Positions 18,474-26,364 of a stretch of 64,000 nucleotides of DNA are shown in pieces. The notes beneath the pieces were generated by a model, which was given only the letters and a program-made list of their open reading frames with translations, had not been told where the DNA came from and ran no database searches. The stretch comes from Candidatus Bathyarchaeia archaeon (GTDB lineage: Archaea; Thermoproteota; Bathyarchaeia; 40CM-2-53-6): assembly GCA_050013255.1 (NCBI GenBank), contig JBEKFP010000002.1:480001-544000 (forward strand). The letters run 5' to 3'. Every line of letters begins with the position of its first letter. The first letter of the stretch is position 1. A program made the translations under genes and the position numbers.

Positions 18474-18843
18474 TTGTCGTTACCGCTTTCGCTGAGTCCG
18501 CCACGTCGTGCATCCACTTGGTCAAATGTTCACACCTGTTCGGGTTCAGAATCCAGGCTTGAGGGCAATTGCCCACTAAATCGCAAAAGGCACATGGGAC
18601 GTCCAGGATAGAATCAATCGTGGAATAACGGCGCTTTGCAAATACTCGGTAAGTCCAGCGGCCTTCATGGAGCTCTTTCTTTCGGGCGATCAGGCCCTTC
18701 TTCTCAAGCCTAAGTATTGCTCTCGAACCTTCGCGGCTGTCAGCGGTCAACTGCCTCCAAAGCTCTGATTGCAGAATCCCCATGTCGCCGAGTTCCATAA
18801 CTATGCGTAAGACGTCCTGTTCCGTTGGACCTTTCCTCGGCAA
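18463..18843 (-). CDS. Transcription factor E beta subunit (RPC34/C39 homologue; winged helix plus FeS Cys cluster)
   Basis: GILQSELW...GSRAILRLEKKGLI...GRWTY, then PCAFC..C...C..LTKW. Confidence 0.75.
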   Translation of the reverse strand: MPRKGPTEQDVLRIVMELGDMGILQSELWRQLTADSREGSRAILRLEKKGLIARKKELHEGRWTYRVFAKRRYSTIDSILDVPCAFCDLVGNCPQAWILNPNRCEHLTKWMHDVADSAKAVTTSAE

Positions 18844-18977
18844 CCAATAACCTTCTAGAAATGAAACGATTTATTCAGAATCAAATTGGAATTAGACGCC
18901 ATTCCATTTAAACGTTCAAGATAATTTCCGCAGTTGATTGTTTAGCCTTCGGTTTTCTTGGCCGAAAAGGCTGGTTT

Positions 18978-19334
18978 CTACGTGATTCTTGACCCGTTAG
19001 GCACTTCACCATCGGTGGTCAGCAAGGCTATCTTGTCGCCTTCCTCAGCCGCAAGCAACATCCCCTGTGAAACCTCGCCGGAGAATTTTGATGGTTTTAG
19101 GTTGTAAAGGAAAATGACTCGCTTCCCCTTCAACTGGTCGGGTTCGTAATATCCAACGAGGCTTGAGACCGTTTGGCGGATCCCAAGCGGGCCGAGGTCG
19201 ACCAGGATCTTGTACAGCTTTTCAGTTCTAGTAACCCGTTCTACCTGCGTTATCGTTCCCACCCGGGCATCTATTCTCTTGAAGTCCTCGAAGGAGATCT
19301 CAAGGCTCACCTTATCGTCGCTCACGTGCCTCAC
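18978..19334 (-). CDS. tRNA-binding OB-fold protein (Trbp111/MetG C-terminal/CsaA-like)
   Basis: ISFEDFKRIDARVG, NLKP, SQGMLLAA. Confidence 0.9.
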   Translation of the reverse strand: MRHVSDDKVSLEISFEDFKRIDARVGTITQVERVTRTEKLYKILVDLGPLGIRQTVSSLVGYYEPDQLKGKRVIFLYNLKPSKFSGEVSQGMLLAAEEGDKIALLTTDGEVPNGSRIT

Positions 19335-19342
19335 CTGTTTTC

Positions 19343-20488
19343 TTAGACGTGTTCTAGGGCGGTAGATAAGTCGGCTATCAAATCTTCGGCGTCTTCTATA
19401 CCCACTGACACTCTGATCAAAGAGTCTGTGACCCCTATTCTATCACGTTCCTCTTTGGGAACTGAAGCATGTGTCATCGAGCTCGGATGTTCGATTAGGG
19501 ATTCTACCCCACCCAAGCTCTCAGCCGGCGTGAACACCTTCAGATGCTTCAACAGTTCCTGCCAGGAATGTAAGCCGCCCTTCAAGTGGAAGCTTACCAT
19601 GCCCCCAAAATCATCCATTTGTTTCCGAGCCAGGTCGTGCTGTGGATGGGAGGTCAAACCGGGATAGATGACCCTGGAAACCTTCACGTGCCCGGCCAGG
19701 AATTCTGCGACCTTCTTGGCATTGCTGCAGTGGCGTTCCAGTCTCACAGCCAAGGTTTTGATGCCCCGCAGAACAAGCCAGCAATCCATGGGCCCTGGAA
19801 CGGCGCCGGCTGCGTTCTGTGCGAACTGCACTTTTTCATAGAGCTTCGAGTCGCTGAGCATTACAGCCCCACCGATGAGGTCGGAATGTCCCCCCAAGTA
19901 CTTGGTTGTGCTGTGGACCACAATATCGGCGCCCAGTCTGAGCGGGTGCTGGAGATAAGGGCTCATGAACGTGTTATCTACCACAACCAACGCATTGTGG
20001 CTGTGTGCAACCTTCGCAACTCCCGCAATGTCAACGATCTGGAGGAGTGGGTTTGTGGGGGTCTCCACCCACACAATCTTCGTTCTAGGCTTGAAGCGAG
20101 CTTCGTAATCCCTTAGATTGGTCCCATCGAAGTATGTGGATTCCACTCCAAAGTTTTGCATTACTCGGGTGAATACTCGCCGAGTTCCTCCGTACAGATC
20201 TTCAACAGCCAAAATATGGTCTCCTTGGTTGAGCAGGCTTAGTAGTAGGGTGGTTATGGCTGCCATCCCAGACGCAAACGCGAGTGCGTGATCTGCTTCT
20301 TCGAGGGATGCAAGGCAGCTCTCTAGGGCTGTGCGGGTCGGGTTGGCGGTCCTCGAATACACGTATCCAGCCCCAGTGTCAGGTTGAGATTGTTTGAACG
20401 TTGACACCTGGTAGATTGGGACCACGACCGTTCCTGTCCGGTTTTCGAGTTCATCCCCTGCATGTATTGCCCGCGTAGAAAATCGCAT
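19343..20488 (-). CDS. Cystathionine gamma-synthase/lyase family protein
   Basis: YSRTANPT, ETPTNP, DNTF, HSTTKYLGGHSD. Confidence 0.93.
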   Translation of the reverse strand: MRFSTRAIHAGDELENRTGTVVVPIYQVSTFKQSQPDTGAGYVYSRTANPTRTALESCLASLEEADHALAFASGMAAITTLLLSLLNQGDHILAVEDLYGGTRRVFTRVMQNFGVESTYFDGTNLRDYEARFKPRTKIVWVETPTNPLLQIVDIAGVAKVAHSHNALVVVDNTFMSPYLQHPLRLGADIVVHSTTKYLGGHSDLIGGAVMLSDSKLYEKVQFAQNAAGAVPGPMDCWLVLRGIKTLAVRLERHCSNAKKVAEFLAGHVKVSRVIYPGLTSHPQHDLARKQMDDFGGMVSFHLKGGLHSWQELLKHLKVFTPAESLGGVESLIEHPSSMTHASVPKEERDRIGVTDSLIRVSVGIEDAEDLIADLSTALEHV

Positions 20489-20759
20489 AAGAGAACCTTC
20501 GCGGCCAAATCAGAGTTGAGAAGCTTAAAACTTGTATTGGCGGGGACCGTTGCCGAGGCTTGGTTTGAACTCGGGGACAGTAAGCGTTCAAATCTTCTTG
20601 AACGTCCGTCATTTAGCCCCCAAGTGAGTCACTTCGCATTCGGCGGAGCTTGCTTCAGTCAACAGGCCTGAGAGGTTGCCGCGAAACTGTACTTCCGTCG
20701 AGAAAATTCCTAGAAGACTTATTACCATTTGAACTTCGACAATAGGGCGGTGTCACTGT

Positions 20760-21032
20760 TTGGCTAAGAAACGAAAGTCCCAGAAAGGTGCGAAGAAGAG
20801 AGCAAAGCGAACGGCGAAGAAGAAGACTAGACCGAAAAAGAAAATGCAACCTAAACCGAAGCCCGTCGCAGCAGCGCCACCTCCAATGCCCGCAGTTGAA
20901 CAACCACCCATGCCAGAGCCAGTGGTGGAAGCGCCACCTGCAGAAGCCGCTCCAGCTGAGCAACCTCCTTCAACTGAACCCATGCCATCTGAGAGTTCGG
21001 GAAGCGAATCGAGCGAATCCACCAACCCTTAG
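20760..21032 (+). CDS. Low-complexity protein: Lys/Arg-rich N half, Pro/Ala/Glu/Ser-rich C half
   Basis: TTG start; MAKKRKSQKGAKKRAKRTAKKK...PPMPEP...ESSESTNP. Confidence 0.7.
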   Translation: MAKKRKSQKGAKKRAKRTAKKKTRPKKKMQPKPKPVAAAPPPMPAVEQPPMPEPVVEAPPAEAAPAEQPPSTEPMPSESSGSESSESTNP

Positions 21033-21224
21033 AAACTGGTCATCAAACAATTTCTCGCCGACGCCTACGTGTAGGCATCGACTTTGTATCCTGCCGCTTA
21101 TCGAAGATGGTGAAGGTGGCCTGAACTCCCCTCGAAACAATCCCAAGATAGCTTCATCAGAAACAAGGCCGAACTAATCCGTAACGGGGGCACGGCCCGA
21201 GATCGTACGGCTCGGCAGCTGTGT

Positions 21225-22532
21225 TTGCAGTCACTCGAAGAAGCATTGCACGCGGTGGACCCGTATCGATGCATCCTATCTTTTGTCAAGGTGAAAGATG
21301 GTCAACTCCGAACCAAAGACTTCACAATTTCCCTCTCCCGGTTCAGTAGTATCCTTGTTCTTGCCGTTGGAAAAGCAAGCGCACCCATGATGAAAGCCGC
21401 CTTCGAAATTCTCGGAAGTCACGAGACGCGTGGAATCATCGTGGCGCCACACGATGAACGTATACCAATTCGTGACCGACGTATCCAAGTCCTTCGCGCA
21501 GGCCATCCAATACCGGATAGTGACGGGTTGAGAGCCGCCAGGACAGTCCTCAAAACAGTTCGAGGGATGAAAGCGGACGAACTCCTCCTTTGCTTGATTT
21601 CAGGGGGCGCTTCCGCTATGCTGCCCTCCACACCGCCTGGGGTAGGATTGGAGGGAGAGAAACGACTAACTCAATGTCTTCTATCGAGCAACTTTACAAT
21701 TCATGAGATAAACACAGTGCGAAGACACCTCTCAACTCTGAAAGGTGGTCGGCTTGTGGAGCAATGTAGAGCCTCAAGCATCTTGTCCCTAATCGTGTCA
21801 GATGTCCCTGGAAATTGCCTACGCGACATCGCATCGGGGTTGACGGTGGAGGATCCAACCACCTACCGAGACGCCGTAGAGGTGCTGAAACGGCACGACG
21901 TCTGGGACAAGATCCCGCGTCAAGTCAAAGATTACCTCACTCTAGGATTGCGTGGTCAAGTCCCGGAAACACCCAAACCGGGGACCTCAAGCTTCAGGAG
22001 AGTCCGGAACTTCATAATCGCAGACAGCAGGATCGCCTGCACCGCAGCGCAGCGGGCTTTGAGATCCAACGGCGTCGAAGCCACGATCATATCATCTTCC
22101 GCCGAAATGGAAGCGAGGGAGATGGGAAGAGTGCTGGCGTCCTTAGCTACTGGCTACAAGGAACATGGGAAATCAGCGGTTGGTTCTCGAGCGATAATCG
22201 TCGGCGGAGAGACAACGGTCAAGGTCGAAGGGAAAGGAAAAGGCGGCCGGAACCAGGAAACTGTGCTCTGGGCCACGGAGGGAATCACGGGCCTCAACGG
22301 CACGGTCGTAGCTGCACTAGGAACTGACGGCGTTGATGGAAACAGCAATGCGGCCGGCGCGCTGGCGGATGGAAGAACGACCATTCGAGCTAGAAGAAAG
22401 CAACTCGAGCCGAAAAACTACCTCGCTCGAAATGATTCCTACCAATTCTTCAAATCGCTGAATGACGGTTTGGTGACTGGTCGAACGGGAACCAACGTTG
22501 GAGACGTGTATCTGATGATCTCGCTCGAATGA
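21225..22532 (+). CDS. Glycerate 2-kinase (MOFRL family)
   Basis: GKAS, GHPIPD, LISGGASA, GGETTV, GGRNQE, TGTNVGD; the frame extends upstream to about 21156 without a canonical start. Confidence 0.93.
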   Translation: MQSLEEALHAVDPYRCILSFVKVKDGQLRTKDFTISLSRFSSILVLAVGKASAPMMKAAFEILGSHETRGIIVAPHDERIPIRDRRIQVLRAGHPIPDSDGLRAARTVLKTVRGMKADELLLCLISGGASAMLPSTPPGVGLEGEKRLTQCLLSSNFTIHEINTVRRHLSTLKGGRLVEQCRASSILSLIVSDVPGNCLRDIASGLTVEDPTTYRDAVEVLKRHDVWDKIPRQVKDYLTLGLRGQVPETPKPGTSSFRRVRNFIIADSRIACTAAQRALRSNGVEATIISSSAEMEAREMGRVLASLATGYKEHGKSAVGSRAIIVGGETTVKVEGKGKGGRNQETVLWATEGITGLNGTVVAALGTDGVDGNSNAAGALADGRTTIRARRKQLEPKNYLARNDSYQFFKSLNDGLVTGRTGTNVGDVYLMISLE

Positions 22533-22540
22533 CGACGGGA

Positions 22541-22975
22541 TTATTTGACGATTAACGTGGGGATTTTAGCGTGGTGACTCACTTTGTCTGAAACACTTCC
22601 CAGCAAGAAGGCACGAACCTCAGTAAGCCCCCTGCTACCTAGCACGATAAGGTCGACCTTCTCTGAAACAGCTAGCTTAATGATTTCCTCAGCGGCCACG
22701 CCTTGAAGCAACCTTGACTCGTAATCCGCTCCCTCTGCCTTCGCGTACGCGCTAGCCCTATTCAGGGTCTCCTTGCCCTCCGCGTCCATCTCCTTCACGA
22801 ATACAGTGGTCGCGAGGACTCCCGCTTCTGAAGGCGTTACGGCGTAGAATTGGCGAAGAACCACATGTGTAATGATTAACTTGGCGCCATACTTCTTCGC
22901 CAAATCAACTGCGCACTTCAATGCTCTCTCGGCAAATGGCGAACCGTCCACGGCCACAAGGATCCTTGAGAACAT
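22541..22975 (-). CDS. Universal stress protein
   Basis: ILVAVDGS, LIVLGSRG...LLGSVSDKV. Confidence 0.95.
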   Translation of the reverse strand: MFSRILVAVDGSPFAERALKCAVDLAKKYGAKLIITHVVLRQFYAVTPSEAGVLATTVFVKEMDAEGKETLNRASAYAKAEGADYESRLLQGVAAEEIIKLAVSEKVDLIVLGSRGLTEVRAFLLGSVSDKVSHHAKIPTLIVK

Positions 22976-23035
22976 GAAAATCGAGGGAGAATATTGAGCC
23001 CGAGGGTAATAACTGTACTTGGTGCGGGCGTTCAG

Positions 23036-23770
23036 CTACCCTACAGTGATTTGCGGGGCCTTCTCAACAGCTCGTTGGGGCTTCGATGCGTACATCCTGA
23101 TGTATGGTGCCATCGCACGCAGGATCTTGCTCTCCGCCTTACGCAGATGCTCTTCATAGGTCGTGCGGGGTACCTTGTTTTTGTTAGCGATTTCTTCAGC
23201 GGTCATCTTCTTCGGGACTTGATAGTATCCATATTCCAAGGCCGCCAACAACGAGTTGGTTTGCTTATCCGTCAGATCTGAGAAAACACTGCCCACCGAT
23301 ATTACAAACGCGTCTTTAATGCTCTTTTCAGGAACGACCCTTTTCTGAACGATCTGAAGCGGGCCGAGCTGGCTTAACTCTTCGAACAGCCTCTTGTAAT
23401 CATTCTCCCGGAACCCTACAACTCTATACTCTTCCCAACCACCGTAGTATACTTCGGGCAGCATTAGAAGGCATGAGTTCTTTTCAATTACCTGTGCGAC
23501 GTTCGGGACTATCTTCCCGCAGCAACAGGTCTTTACGATCAGTTGAAGGTTACCCTCTAGGAAATTCTTCTTTAGTACCTTACCCCCCTTCCAAAGAAGA
23601 AGTTCTTTCAAGTCAGGTTCGATTCTCATGAAAGTCTCAACGTTGGGGCAATCTACCTCCATAACGTGAATCTGGTTGTTACACCACTCAACAAGCCGCA
23701 CGTCTGGGTTCTTCACTGTGAACCGTGTGTAAGGACAGTCGTGTTGCATTTTGAACGTGACTTCAAACAT
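23036..23770 (-). CDS. Bat-like HTH_10 transcriptional regulator
   Basis: LTDKQ..LLAALEYGYYQVPK...EHLRKAESKI. Confidence 0.9.
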   Translation of the reverse strand: MFEVTFKMQHDCPYTRFTVKNPDVRLVEWCNNQIHVMEVDCPNVETFMRIEPDLKELLLWKGGKVLKKNFLEGNLQLIVKTCCCGKIVPNVAQVIEKNSCLLMLPEVYYGGWEEYRVVGFRENDYKRLFEELSQLGPLQIVQKRVVPEKSIKDAFVISVGSVFSDLTDKQTNSLLAALEYGYYQVPKKMTAEEIANKNKVPRTTYEEHLRKAESKILRAMAPYIRMYASKPQRAVEKAPQITVG

Positions 23771-23818
23771 TTCTAATCAACTGACGGAGTACTGTCTTTC
23801 CGGCTCTATAAGACATGT

Positions 23819-23883
23819 GCCGTCCTAAGACGGCTTATTCGGTTCGGCTAGCGCTGGCTCTGATTTACCATCGTACGACGGTA
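23819..23883. promoter_or_regulatory. Two palindromic operators CCRTC-N4-GACGG next to divergent TATA boxes
   Basis: GCCGTCCTAAGACGGC at 23819-23834 and TACCATCGTACGACGGTA at 23866-23883; TATAAA at 23882; minus-strand CTTATAG at 23806-23812. Confidence 0.7.
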
Positions 23884-23932
23884 TAAACTACTACCGTCAC
23901 TTCCGACTCTATTGTTGCTGGAGGTAATGTGA

Positions 23933-24163
23933 ATGAGTATCGTAACAAACGTGTTGGATAGGCTGGGACTCACAGGTGCGTTAAGCCCGAAGATCATTTC
24001 CTTTGTTCCGAAGCTGAACTTACAGCTTTCACAAGTCCTGTGGAAGCATTTCAGTCAAGGGCAGGAATGGACTTCGACTAAGCACTCTCAGGAGTTCCAG
24101 AGAGAATCAATGGCCCGACGGGCCTTATACGAAATGCAAGGCAGACTACCAATAGCGAGGTGA
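23933..24163 (+). CDS. Hypothetical protein
   Basis: GGAGGT SD and TATA upstream; GTGA overlap with the next gene. Confidence 0.65.
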   Translation: MSIVTNVLDRLGLTGALSPKIISFVPKLNLQLSQVLWKHFSQGQEWTSTKHSQEFQRESMARRALYEMQGRLPIAR

Positions 24164-24549
24164 ATCAAATGCAACGAACAATAACCGAACAAGTCACCGC
24201 ACCCACAGCGGGACAAGCCGAACTTGAAGTCCTTCAACGAATCCGAACCGATCCGAGAATTTGCTCGGTAGTCATAGTGCGAGCTGCAAATCCCGGAAAG
24301 GTAATGGAGACCCACGGCCTAGTCAAGACTAGTCGTATCAAGTTGCCGACGCCAAATACAGATTCATTCCTTGTAACCGACCTGCTCGAGGACATTACGT
24401 ACATGATTGGGCAGGAAGGGTCGCTCTCCAAGCTTGTCTTCACCTTGAAGGACGAACAAGTCATGGTAGCAGTTCAACCCGGCTCGGACCTCACCGAAAT
24501 CGCTCACGACTTCGCAATCGACCTGGCCACCATAACGGCCCACAACTGA
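24160..24549 (+). CDS. Hypothetical protein, possibly roadblock/profilin-like alpha/beta fold
   Basis: Translationally coupled; fold guess from helix/strand pattern only. Confidence 0.55.
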   Translation: MNQMQRTITEQVTAPTAGQAELEVLQRIRTDPRICSVVIVRAANPGKVMETHGLVKTSRIKLPTPNTDSFLVTDLLEDITYMIGQEGSLSKLVFTLKDEQVMVAVQPGSDLTEIAHDFAIDLATITAHN

Positions 24550-24638
24550 CCAAGCACAGGTTGGTACGTGTCGGGCCGCTTCCCCGGTTTATTCGAAACC
24601 TATTTCTGACTGAAATCCTTTCCAAGCCAGACGGAGAA

Positions 24639-25100
24639 ATGCCAGACGTATCCGAGGGCCTACCTGCCCCCGATTTCACCGCAAAAGCCAGTGACGGGTC
24701 ATCCGTGACGCTCTCTAACTTTCGCGGAAAGAACGTTGTGCTTTACTTTTACACAAAGAATCTCAGCCCGGGTTGCCGGGCAGAAACCTTCGCCTTCAGG
24801 GATATCTATGGGAAATTTACTTCTGCAGACACCGAATTGATCGGTATTAGTGTGGACTCGGTCGAATCACACGTTGACTTTGCTTCCCGCCACAAGATTC
24901 CCTTCAAACTGCTAAGCGACCAAGACAGGTCCATCTCACGCCTTTACGGAGTGCTGGGCTACGGTGGATATTTCGCCAAGCGTACAACGTTCATAATTGA
25001 CAAACAAGGCGTCATTCGAAAGATTTTCCATGTAGTACTCCTGCCAACATCCTATAAGCACCCCGAGACAGTTCTGGAAGCTCTTCGCAGTTTAGGCTGA
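24639..25100 (+). CDS. bcp: Peroxiredoxin, BCP/PrxQ-type (single Cys)
   Basis: APDF, VLYFYTKNLSPGC, GISVD, LLSD, RTTFIID. Confidence 0.88.
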   Translation: MPDVSEGLPAPDFTAKASDGSSVTLSNFRGKNVVLYFYTKNLSPGCRAETFAFRDIYGKFTSADTELIGISVDSVESHVDFASRHKIPFKLLSDQDRSISRLYGVLGYGGYFAKRTTFIIDKQGVIRKIFHVVLLPTSYKHPETVLEALRSLG

Positions 25101-25910
25101 ATTGGTTGTGGGCCCAAGGGGCTGAATCTGGGGCAGCATTGCGATGCCCTCATCGGTTATGTCGAAACGATTCCACTTCGTGGAGTGCTTCTGGCCGCGC
25201 AACGAGTATATTCGAATGTATCTTTCCAATCCTTCCGCCCCCTCCTGAATCTTCATTTCCAGCACACCGTCGAACATCAAGAGAAGAGCATTCTGAAAAC
25301 GTTGCTCAAGAATCTCGGTCGTCAACGAAAACAGCCCCAAAGTTGAGCTCCCTTTAATTTTCGCAAGCAATTGCCGCAGAAACTTCAGCGTAACATCGGT
25401 CCCGGCTTCTTGGACTATTGAGGTGAGGTCGTCGACGAGCAGGCATGATTTCGTCAAACCCTCCCAAGCGGCTTTCAATGTAATGCTAATGTCAGTCAGG
25501 TTAGCGAGGCTGGTCAGTGCATACTTCGTTTCGGCCTTTTTGCCCATGAGTGCGCTGTAGCAATCAAGTATGCGAAGTTCATCATCTTCCTCAACCACCG
25601 GCGCTTCTCCATAGCCCTTAGCAAGGATCTTACGGATCTCACCTCGCAAATCACCCGCGGTTTCATCCGACGGCAGGTAAACAACAGGCCTTCCCGACTC
25701 GAGGGCCGTACGAGCGAAGGCTTTGCAGAAAGATGTTTTCCCAACTTTGGCTGGGCCCAGTAGCAAGATGGCCCCATCGTTGACTGTTCCGCCTACGAAA
25801 CAGCCCAGGCAAAAGTGGGCTTCCCTTCCGTCGGCAAATGTTAGATTTGTTATCTGTACAATTTCGTTTTCGTGGATGCCGCAAGCGGAACATGAAAGGG
25901 CCAAGGCCAT
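25092..25910 (-). CDS. KaiC/RAD55-like ATPase with N-terminal CxxC..CxxC finger
   Basis: CSAC...CLGC, GPAKVGKT, LLVDD, FDGVLEM, RYIRIYSLRG. Confidence 0.85.
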   Translation of the reverse strand: MALALSCSACGIHENEIVQITNLTFADGREAHFCLGCFVGGTVNDGAILLLGPAKVGKTSFCKAFARTALESGRPVVYLPSDETAGDLRGEIRKILAKGYGEAPVVEEDDELRILDCYSALMGKKAETKYALTSLANLTDISITLKAAWEGLTKSCLLVDDLTSIVQEAGTDVTLKFLRQLLAKIKGSSTLGLFSLTTEILEQRFQNALLLMFDGVLEMKIQEGAEGLERYIRIYSLRGQKHSTKWNRFDITDEGIAMLPQIQPLGPTTNSA

Positions 25911-26232
25911 TCCTCTGTGAATAACAGCTTCAGTTCGGTCGAAGATAAATTGTCTTCCTAAACTAGCGCTTAGTCACAGGCTCGACGATTATCTTAGTCC
26001 CATCAAGGGATATGAAGAGTGGTTGGCCTTTTTGCCACTTTAACTTCTCCACCATCTCCCTAGGAATCGTTATCCTATACTGCCCTCGAAAATCTTGAAG
26101 CCGAACAATTTCTAGGCTTTGAGACATGCCTCGACGCCCTATGAGTACTCACGAGCCTCCATAGGCTTAATGAGCATTCCTAAGCCTTAAATATACTACT
26201 AATACTAATTAGTACTCTTGAGGACTAATCAA

Positions 26233-26316
26233 TTGGAGACTGCGGAGTACTACAGAGACGCCTCAGGCTTCTGGAAGATCAAGTCGCCTAAACGCAGACG
26301 AATCGTTCACCTATAG
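26233..26316 (+). CDS. Possible 27-aa basic peptide
   Basis: TTG start, METAEYYRDASGFWKIKSPKRRRIVHL*; TTAAATA box at about 26187 and GAGGA SD. Confidence 0.35.
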   Translation: METAEYYRDASGFWKIKSPKRRRIVHL

Positions 26317-26364
26317 ACCAGCACACAATCACTCGGCCCAGGAGCCGGAATTAGCGGATTCGCG

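Noticed and set aside
19517-19530. 14-nt identity GCTCTCAGCCGGCG to repeat copy 2, antisense to the cystathionine synthase mRNA
   Set aside because: Falls in the conserved AESLGG coding motif; a single short match is plausibly coincidental
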